32,000 bases of DNA from Desulfocapsa sulfexigens DSM 10523 (lineage in GTDB: Bacteria > Desulfobacterota > Desulfobulbia > Desulfobulbales > Desulfocapsaceae): positions 1,680,001-1,712,000 of the forward strand of contig NC_020304.1 in assembly GCF_000341395.1 (NCBI RefSeq), in the 5' to 3' direction. Position numbers and translations under genes: made by a program. Positions 26,081 to 32,000 of the stretch are shown piece by piece. The notes below the pieces were generated by a model. The model saw nothing but the letters and a program-made list of their open reading frames with translations, searched no databases and was not told the origin of the DNA. How positions within the stretch are numbered: position 1 is the stretch's first letter; every line of letters begins with the position of its first letter.

Positions 26081-27076
26081 TTAACTGGCCTGTTCCAGAG
26101 CGACAGCAACAGCAACCGATGCTCCAACCATGGGATTGTTTCCCATACCGATAAGGCCCATCATTTCAACATGTGCGGGTACCGAGGAAGATCCGGCAAA
26201 CTGGGCATCGGAATGCATGCGTCCCATGGTGTCTGTCATTCCGTAGGATGCAGGGCCAGCTGCCATGTTGTCAGGATGAAGAGTACGTCCCGTTCCGCCA
26301 CCTGATGCAACAGAAAAATATTTTTTTCCACTAATATTGCATTCCTTTTTGTAGGTTCCTGCAACGGGATGCTGAAAACGGGTAGGGTTGGTAGAGTTTC
26401 CAGTAATGGAGACATCGACTCCTTCCAGATGATTGATGGCAACACCTTCACGGACATCATCTGCACCATAGCAGCGAACCTCTCCACGAGGGCCTTCGGA
26501 AAAACGTTTTTCCTTTATGACTTTCAGCTGCGAGGTGGCATAATCAAACCGTGTCTCCACACTGGTGAAGCCGTTGATGCGGGAAATGATATGTGAGGCA
26601 TCCTTGCCGAGACCATTCAGGATTACACGCAGCGGTTCTTTCCGGACACGGTTTGCAGACATGGCCAGGCCGATAGCCCCTTCAGCCGCGGCAAAAGACT
26701 CATGTCCAGCAATAAAGGCAAAGCATTTTGTCTCTTCACGCAGGAGCATGGAGGCAAGATTTCCGTGCCCTATACCTACCTGACGATGATCCGCAACGGA
26801 TCCCGGGATGCAGAAAGCCTGAAGTCCAATACCAAGAGTTGCGGCAATATCAACGGCCTTTGTCTCCCCTTTTTTGATGGCAATGGCAGCACCAACGGTA
26901 TATGCCCAGCAGGCATTTTCAAAGCAGATGGGCTGGATGTCTTTTACAATACGGGCAACATCAACACCATATGCATCACATACTTCCTTGGCCTCTTCAA
27001 GGCTTTTTATTCCATACTCTTCAAGAACAGGGATGATCTGATCGATCCGCCTTTCATAACTTTCAAATAATGCCAT
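26081..27076 (-). CDS. GGGtGRT-family protein (conserved, function unknown)
   Basis: About 331 aa. The namesake motif SGGGTGRTLHPDNMAAGPASYGMTD lies near the C-terminus. ATG 27076 has SD AAGGAG. The track start 27181 overlaps the upstream gene and is rejected. Confidence 0.85.
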   Translation of the reverse strand: MALFESYERRIDQIIPVLEEYGIKSLEEAKEVCDAYGVDVARIVKDIQPICFENACWAYTVGAAIAIKKGETKAVDIAATLGIGLQAFCIPGSVADHRQVGIGHGNLASMLLREETKCFAFIAGHESFAAAEGAIGLAMSANRVRKEPLRVILNGLGKDASHIISRINGFTSVETRFDYATSQLKVIKEKRFSEGPRGEVRCYGADDVREGVAINHLEGVDVSITGNSTNPTRFQHPVAGTYKKECNISGKKYFSVASGGGTGRTLHPDNMAAGPASYGMTDTMGRMHSDAQFAGSSSVPAHVEMMGLIGMGNNPMVGASVAVAVALEQAS

Positions 27077-27086
27077 GAGATTCTCC

Positions 27087-27779
27087 TTATTCCTTACGCG
27101 GATCAATGGTTTTAACGGCTTCTGCGAAACGACCATAGGTCCCCGTCGCTTTTTCAAGGGCCTTGTTGGCGTCTTCACCATTTCTAATTGCTTCCATCAT
27201 TCGACCAAGATGGACAAATTTGTAGCCAATGATTTCATTGTCACCATCAAGGGCCAGCTCCAGAACATAGCCTTCGGTGACTTCAAGATATCGTGGGCCT
27301 TTGAGCTTTGTGCCATAGGTGCTTGCCGTAACGGAACGCAATCCTTTACCCAGGTCTTCAAGACCGGCACCAATGGGAAGACCTCCCTCAGAAAATGCGG
27401 ATTGGCTGCGGCCATAGACGATTTGCAGGAAGAGTTCGCGCATGGCAACATTGATGGCATCACAGACAAGATCAGTATTGAGTGCTTCTAGGATTGTTTT
27501 GCCGGGCAAAATCTCAGAGGCCATGGCGGCGGAATGGGTCATTCCGGTACAGCCAATGGTTTCGATGAGTGCTTCTTCGATAATGCCGTCTTTAATATTC
27601 AGGGTCAGCTTACAGGCGCCCTGATGAGGTGCACACCAGCCAACTCCGTGGGTCAGTCCACGAATGTCTTTTATTTCCTTTGCCTGTGTCCAGCCACCTT
27701 CTTGGGGGATGGGCGAGGGACCATGATTGGTTCCCTGGATTAGTGGACACATTTCTTTTACTTCAGAAGAGTATTCCAT
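27087..27779 (-). CDS. NifU-N/IscU-like Fe-S scaffold-domain protein with a C-terminal extension
   Basis: ATG 27779 has SD AAGGAG 8 nt upstream. IscU-like Cys pattern (GVGWCAPHQGAC, IGCTGMTHSAAMAS, LVCDAI). The stop lies 10 nt before the GGGtGRT start. Confidence 0.8.
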   Translation of the reverse strand: MEYSSEVKEMCPLIQGTNHGPSPIPQEGGWTQAKEIKDIRGLTHGVGWCAPHQGACKLTLNIKDGIIEEALIETIGCTGMTHSAAMASEILPGKTILEALNTDLVCDAINVAMRELFLQIVYGRSQSAFSEGGLPIGAGLEDLGKGLRSVTASTYGTKLKGPRYLEVTEGYVLELALDGDNEIIGYKFVHLGRMMEAIRNGEDANKALEKATGTYGRFAEAVKTIDPRKE

Positions 27780-28043
27780 AAGAGTCTCCTTGTGGTTGTT
27801 ATTGAAGCTGCAAGAATAAAGGATATGGGAAAAAGGAGCAAGTGGAAAGGAGCTTCCCTGGAGGAAGAGGTTGGTCGGATAGCGACAAATTTGCTGTAAT
27901 GATTCTGCAATTACATTGCAGCAGTGTTGTCGAGGTTGATAATATCTTGAATACACAAAATCTGTTGTATCACTGAAGTTACTTCTAAGAACAGTTATAT
28001 AACTCTTGTGTGATGGTCTTTCATCTGGAGCCTGACCCGGAAG

Positions 28044-28090
28044 AAACAAAGCCAAAAGGCCACCCCCCTAAGGGAGTGGCCTTGGGTCAG
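28044..28090 (-). terminator. Terminator of the ECF-linked operon (minus strand), nested stem-loops
   Basis: AAGGCCAC ... GTGGCCTT (28056-28063 / 28076-28083). On the minus strand it is followed by TTTTGGCTTTGTTTCTT. Outer 7-bp pairing CTGACCC / GGGTCAG (28032-28038 / 28084-28090). Confidence 0.75.
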
Positions 28091-28149
28091 TCTGCAAAAT
28101 TGCAGATTGATTCAAGCAAATTTAAAATCCAAGTTCCTTTGTTGACAGT

Positions 28150-29106
28150 TTAGCGTCCAGATCCACCATTTGATCCACCATTGCCACCACTACCGCCATT
28201 GCCCCCACCATTGCCACCGTCTGAGTTGCCTCCGCTACTGTCTCCACCTGAACCAGAGTCGCCAGCGGAGCCATTATTGCCGCCTCCATCTGACCCTCCG
28301 CTATCAGCGTTTCCGGCGTCGGTATTGCCGCCGAATGAGTTTCCTCTATTGTCCAGGGAGCCATTTCCATTCTGAATGGCGTCTGAATAGTTCTTTGCCA
28401 GCGATTCCCCAGATCCCAGGGCGCTTTGGGACATAAATGAACTGCGCAGGGATTGCATTTCCTGTACGTTGAAATCTTTATCCAAAGCCTGGTTTACAAC
28501 ATCTGTTGCAGTCTCTGACAATACACCTTGTCGCACCATATCTCGGGCAGTTAACATACATTCGGTTGCCAGATCTTCCAGTTGGCTCTGTTCCATTTCA
28601 CGTGCCCTCACCTGGAGGCGACTGACAATCTGTTCAGCATCCTCCCTGGAAAGACCAGCAGCACTCCCTGATGCAAACGCATTACCAAGCGTATCTACCA
28701 CCTCTTTTTTCTTGGATAATTGACCGGCAAGACCATATGCATGTTCGTAACGGGATCTAACCCTTTCCATTGCCTGGACAACCGATTCCGCAGGAATTCC
28801 TTTTGCTATGCCTTCGTATGCCTTGTTCATAACTGGCTCTACCGGCAGGTCATTTTTCAGGGTTTTCGCTACAATGTGCTGAGCCTTTACAATGTTACGC
28901 TCTTCAAATTGAGCCCTGATCATTGCCCGGGTCATGAGTACGCCATCATCTTTCTCCAGTCCGGCTTGAATGACGCTTTGTGTTGAAGCCTGAAGCTCAT
29001 TTGACCAGGCAGTGGGGATATCTGTAACCTCTTCTGCAGCAGAAGCTGAAACAGCCATTAAAACCAGACTCAACCAAACTAAAATAGAATAAACACCTCT
29101 TTTCAT
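28150..29106 (-). CDS. Secreted helical protein with a roughly 70-aa Gly/Ser/Asn/Asp low-complexity C-terminal tail
   Basis: ATG 29106 with SD GGAGGA. Signal peptide MKRGVYSILVWLSLVLMAVSASA. The tail is ...GNGSLDNRGNSFGGNTDAGNADSGGSDGGGNNGSAGDSGSGGDSSGGNSDGGNGGGNGGSGGNGGSNGGSGR. Confidence 0.75.
   Translation of the reverse strand: MKRGVYSILVWLSLVLMAVSASAAEEVTDIPTAWSNELQASTQSVIQAGLEKDDGVLMTRAMIRAQFEERNIVKAQHIVAKTLKNDLPVEPVMNKAYEGIAKGIPAESVVQAMERVRSRYEHAYGLAGQLSKKKEVVDTLGNAFASGSAAGLSREDAEQIVSRLQVRAREMEQSQLEDLATECMLTARDMVRQGVLSETATDVVNQALDKDFNVQEMQSLRSSFMSQSALGSGESLAKNYSDAIQNGNGSLDNRGNSFGGNTDAGNADSGGSDGGGNNGSAGDSGSGGDSSGGNSDGGNGGGNGGSGGNGGSNGGSGR
28153..28370 (-). repeat. Imperfect short tandem repeats encoding the G/S/N/D tail
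   Basis: The plus strand shows reiterated CCACCATTGCC / CCGCCATTGCC / CCTCC units. Confidence 0.7.
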
Positions 29107-29200
29107 ACCTTCCTCCAAAACACATATTGACTTTCCATGGCAGCTCGTTGCAACAAGCCTTATATCTTTACAACGTCTGACAAACGAAAAGGTTACCAGT

Positions 29201-29524
29201 CTAAGGCTGATAAAGGCAATTTTCAAAACCGAAATCATCGGTTTCCCTGAAGCGACAGTCTGGAATAAAAACAGACCCATCAATAATATAAAAATAGCTG
29301 CTCCCAGGGGTAAGTGGCTTGCTGATTTCCCATAATCCAAACAGATTCCTATGGGTGTCATGAAGTGTGTATCTGTCGATAGAAGATGCAAACTGGACAT
29401 GGGAGGAGCCAGGGTGGTGCAAGTACAAAGATACCGATTCCCGACCCTCGGTAGTGAAATGATGTCCAGCACAGCCAGTACCGAAAAACAGTAGACAACT
29501 CAAAACCATCACTTGTTTGTTCAT
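29201..29524 (-). CDS. Small exported (possibly lipo-)protein with a CBM48/AMPK-beta-like beta-sandwich domain
   Basis: Signal sequence MNKQVMVLSCLLFFGTGC. The body (VSLYLHHPGSSHVQFASSIDRYTLH...GLWEISKPLTPGSSYFYIIDGSVFIPD...DDFGFENCLY) resembles the C-domain of the anti-sigma protein next door. Confidence 0.7.
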   Translation of the reverse strand: MNKQVMVLSCLLFFGTGCAGHHFTTEGRESVSLYLHHPGSSHVQFASSIDRYTLHDTHRNLFGLWEISKPLTPGSSYFYIIDGSVFIPDCRFRETDDFGFENCLYQP

Positions 29525-29527
29525 TAT

Positions 29528-30115
29528 TTATACCTTGATTGTTATAAGGGAGTTTTCCCCGCCAAAATCATCCTGTACCCGTTCAGAAACGGTTGGGTCT
29601 GTAATCTGTTTTCCCTCTTCAACAAGATAACTGTACTGATATTCCCCTTCGGGAAGGGTAAGAGTCAGACTCCAGTAGCCACTATTTCCGATTGGCTTCA
29701 TAGCTACCGTTTGCCAGCGAGTAAAGGTCCCGATAATAGCAGCCTGCTTTGCCTCTGGTCTATAGATCACAAATCGATACGGAATCTCTGTGCTTGCCAC
29801 AGTTATGGGTGTCGGTGAAGGAATGGATCTCAGCTGTATAAGCAGAAGGGCTATTCCAAGAGCGATTCCGGCTGAAAACAGTACAGCCGGTCGGAGCCAC
29901 GGGAGAAAAACACGTTTTGTCGGCTCCGTTTCCACAGGGATACTGGTCAGTGGAGTCGTATGGACTATTTCAGCGTGCAGCAGTTTTTCCTGTTCAAGGA
30001 GATCTATAGCCTCATTTTTAAACGCTTGTTCATTATGCACTGTCTGCACAAAATCTATTTTTTCGTCAAGATCCAGTTCATTGTCAATGAACATACTGAT
30101 CAGATAATCTTTCAT
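29528..30115 (-). CDS. Putative anti-sigma factor: N-terminal cytoplasmic helix, one TM, periplasmic CBM48-like domain
   Basis: The start overlaps the sigma stop (ATGA). N-terminus MKDYLISMFIDNELDLDEK is typical of anti-sigma N-domains but lacks HxxxCxxC. TM segment AVLFSAGIALGIALLLI. C-terminus YRFVIYRPEAKQAAIIGTFTRWQTVAMKP...GYWSLTLTLPEGEYQYSYLVEEGKQITDP. Confidence 0.75.
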   Translation of the reverse strand: MKDYLISMFIDNELDLDEKIDFVQTVHNEQAFKNEAIDLLEQEKLLHAEIVHTTPLTSIPVETEPTKRVFLPWLRPAVLFSAGIALGIALLLIQLRSIPSPTPITVASTEIPYRFVIYRPEAKQAAIIGTFTRWQTVAMKPIGNSGYWSLTLTLPEGEYQYSYLVEEGKQITDPTVSERVQDDFGGENSLITIKV

Positions 30116-30654
30116 GTCTCACCTGTATGAAGAATTTTTTTCAACTTTTGCCGGCAGCGATGAATTCTAACTTTTATATTGCCCTCACTGGTACCTGTCA
30201 ATTCGGCGATTTGGTGATAGGACAAACCACTACTTACAACGAGTGAAAGGAGATCAGCCTCATCCGGAGCAAGCTGCTGTATGGCATTCATCACTCTGCG
30301 TGACTCCTCCCGTTCCATGTAGGCAGACTCTTCATCAGACCTTCCTTTATGCTTGTTTTCATCATACGGGATAATAATTCGCCGTTTGCGGCTGTTGTCG
30401 TTGAGGAGATTACGACCAATGGTAAAAAGCAGCGATACACTGAGTTCCCGTTGAGCATATCGTTCCAGATACCTGGCAAAGCTCTCCTGCATGGTATCTG
30501 CTGCCAGGTCGTAATCACCACTTCGGCAGAGAAGATACCAAAAAAAACGACCTTTATTGTCGTTATAAAACTCTCTAAACCTATTCACCTTGCTTGTATA
30601 ACGTCCACCAATGTCAAAGGTTACAAAATTTTGAACCAAAAATTGAATGTACAA
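30112..30654 (-). CDS. ECF-type sigma-70 family factor
   Basis: Region 2 (DLAADTMQESFARYLERY) and region 4 HTH (LSYHQIAELTGTSEGNIKVRIHRCRQKL). The start is uncertain: TTG at 30654 or an internal GTG near 30588. Confidence 0.85.
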   Translation of the reverse strand: MYIQFLVQNFVTFDIGGRYTSKVNRFREFYNDNKGRFFWYLLCRSGDYDLAADTMQESFARYLERYAQRELSVSLLFTIGRNLLNDNSRKRRIIIPYDENKHKGRSDEESAYMEREESRRVMNAIQQLAPDEADLLSLVVSSGLSYHQIAELTGTSEGNIKVRIHRCRQKLKKILHTGET

Positions 30655-30727
30655 TAAGCTCTGGTCTTTTTATTTGACTTTTATGGTAATGATTATTAAA
30701 ACTAGATTGAGTAACATGAAATTTATT

Positions 30728-30753
30728 TATACTGAACGTGTCGGTTCAGTATA
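30728..30753. promoter_or_regulatory. Perfect 10-bp inverted repeat in the divergent ECF-sigma / tpx intergenic region
   Basis: TATACTGAAC gtgtcg GTTCAGTATA, 30 nt upstream of the tpx ATG. Confidence 0.5.
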
Positions 30754-30782
30754 CCATTTATCCTACTCTAAAAGGTGAAATC

Positions 30783-31301
30783 ATGAGTGAACGTATTGGA
30801 GAAGCTACATTTTTAGGTAATCCTCTAACCTTAATTGGTACAGAGGTTAAAGTAGGAGATAAAGCACCTGATTTTACTCTCCTTAAGAATGATCTGTCAC
30901 CAGCATCCCTGGCTGATTTTGCGGGTAAGGTGCTGATTATAACCCTGGTGCCTTCCCTGGATACGCCGGTTTGTGACACTGAGACCCGACGTTTCAACAG
31001 TGAGGCGGCTGCTCTTGGTACGGACGTTGCTATCCTTGCCGTCAGTATGGATCTTCCCTTTGCACAGGGGCGCTGGTGTGGGGCTGCAGGTGTGGAGGCG
31101 GTTCAGACCCTTTCCGATCACCGGGATGCATCCATGGGTGAGTCCTATGGTGCTTTGATTAAAGAGTTGCGTCTCCTCAGTCGTGTTGTTCTTGTGGTTG
31201 ACCGGGAAGGGACGGTCACCTACGTCCAGTATGTGAAAGAGATCAGTGAAGAGCCTGATTATGATGCTGCGCTTGTTGCAGCAAAGGCTGCTGTTGGTTA
31301 A
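30783..31301 (+). CDS. tpx: Thiol peroxidase (atypical 2-Cys peroxiredoxin, Tpx)
   Basis: SLDTPVCDTE peroxidatic motif and second Cys in FAQGRWCGA. ATG 30783 follows AAAGGTGA. The track GTG at 30738 lies inside the inverted repeat and is rejected. Confidence 0.95.
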   Translation: MSERIGEATFLGNPLTLIGTEVKVGDKAPDFTLLKNDLSPASLADFAGKVLIITLVPSLDTPVCDTETRRFNSEAAALGTDVAILAVSMDLPFAQGRWCGAAGVEAVQTLSDHRDASMGESYGALIKELRLLSRVVLVVDREGTVTYVQYVKEISEEPDYDAALVAAKAAVG

Positions 31302-31332
31302 TTCCTCTGTCTTGGAAGAAGACCTGTGGACA

Positions 31333-31368
31333 CTTAAAGTGCCTTTGGGAGTTACGGGGCACTTTAAG
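31333..31368 (+). terminator. Stem-loop downstream of tpx (possible terminator, no T-run)
   Basis: 11-bp arms CTTAAAGTGCC / GGCACTTTAAG with a 14-nt loop, 31 nt after the stop. Confidence 0.45.
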
Positions 31369-31609
31369 CACAGTTCTCAATTTGAGTCACCGTAACTGGC
31401 CAAATTTAAAGGTTTTAGGCGTGGCGTGCGCCCTCTTTTCTTCTGGTGCACTGTCTGGCGAAAAGGATCTTATGCAAGACTCCTCCCCCCTCTCTTTATT
31501 TTGTTTTTGCATTTATCGGAATCAATTCATACAATGAATAAGTTGTGAAGGTTTTAGAATATTTTCTTAATATCTAGTATCCAGGCAGAATAAACAGGAG
31601 GTAGCGCCA

Positions 31610-32000
31610 ATGGATGTAGCCCAGTTAATCCCAACGCCCGATGTGCTCCAGGTTCCATGGGGCTGGTTTCAGGTTCTTCTCACCGTTACCTTTTTTCTTC
31701 ATCTGGTGGTGATGAATATCCTTCTTGGTTGTTCAGTTATTGTTTTTTTCAGACATGCCACAGGGAAGTCGACGGATATCAATAAGCGTATTTCCGGAAA
31801 ACTTCCCCTCACTGTCGCCTTTGCCGTGAACTTTGGTGTTGCACCGCTTCTCTTTGTTCAGGTCCTTTATGGCCATTTTATTTATGCAAGCTCAGTTCTG
31901 ATGGCCATTTACTGGTTGTCCATTTTCGTATTGTTGATATTGGCCTATTATGGCACATATATCTATAGCCTGAACTTTGATCGCTTGACTGGCTTCCGCA
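31610..32000 (+). CDS. 5' part of a polytopic membrane protein gene (runs off the right edge; absent from the ORF track)
   Basis: SD AGGAGG (31596-31601) then ATG 31610. There are 130 open codons to the window end (MDVAQLIPTPDVLQVPWGWFQVLLTVTFFLHLVVMNILLGCSVIVFF...) with at least 3 hydrophobic helices. Confidence 0.65.
   Translation, partial: MDVAQLIPTPDVLQVPWGWFQVLLTVTFFLHLVVMNILLGCSVIVFFRHATGKSTDINKRISGKLPLTVAFAVNFGVAPLLFVQVLYGHFIYASSVLMAIYWLSIFVLLILAYYGTYIYSLNFDRLTGFR

Noticed and set aside
27780-28055. N-terminal 92-aa extension of the NifU-like ORF (track start 28055)
   Set aside because: There is no SD at the far start, the extension crosses the upstream terminator region, and its composition is non-protein-like. 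A perfect AAGGAG sits 8 nt before ATG 27779.
28153-28370. Reiterated CCACCATTGCC-like units as a CRISPR array or non-coding satellite
   Set aside because: The units are too short and irregular and have no spacer structure. They lie inside an open reading frame and translate into a coherent G/S/N/D tail.
29107-29472. N-terminal extension of the secreted-protein ORF (track 28150..29472, 440 aa)
   Set aside because: It overlaps the small exported-protein gene out of frame. ATG 29106 has a GGAGGA SD and is followed immediately by a canonical signal peptide.
30728-30753. The inverted repeat CTGAAC-n6-GTTCAG as a LexA/SOS box
   Set aside because: GAAC/GTTC half-sites recall Cheo-type and myxobacterial LexA boxes, but the spacer here is 6 nt rather than 4, and tpx and ECF genes are not expected SOS targets. 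It is kept only as a generic operator candidate.
31440-31560. A sigma54 (-24 GG / -12 GC) promoter upstream of the partial membrane-protein gene
   Set aside because: TTGCAT at about 31515 has no GG dinucleotide at the correct 10-11 nt upstream spacing, and TGGTGCAC at about 31465 lacks a downstream TTGC.

Overview
Chromosomal window with the gene content of a strictly anaerobic sulfate-reducer-type deltaproteobacterium (Desulfobulbaceae-like). This taxonomic guess rests on gene content only. No rRNA, tRNA, CRISPR array or mobile element was seen. Left to right: an EamA transporter; a Cache/HAMP chemoreceptor with a cysteine-rich insert; and a three-gene operon of an FAD/NAD oxidoreductase plus two genes that each carry an in-frame TGA. 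I read those two as selenoproteins: an ArsC/Spx-like U-x-x-C protein, and a rhodanese with Sec in the active-site loop fused to a diiron ferritin-like domain. The ORF track splits both. Next is a dense oxygen-defence island: a Fur/PerR-like regulator with an unusual C-terminal winged-helix extension, rubrerythrin, 2-Cys peroxiredoxin, desulfoferrodoxin, a tandem rubredoxin, a DsrE-like protein, a flavodiiron ROO and a protein ending in a desulforedoxin-type module. On the minus strand follow aconitase, a small Cys/His protein, PIN-PhoH, an M24 peptidase, a hypothetical, RsmB, a lone receiver and a sensor-less hybrid kinase. Then come an AapJQMP-type amino-acid ABC operon with strong hairpins after the binding-protein gene and a small secreted K/E/W-repeat protein. 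The right end holds a GGGtGRT plus NifU-like pair of unknown function, an ECF sigma/anti-sigma operon with two CBM48-like domains and a secreted protein with a Gly/Ser/Asn/Asp tail, then tpx and a partial membrane-protein gene. The best candidate for an undescribed system is the oxidoreductase/Sec-ArsC/Sec-rhodanese-ferritin module.
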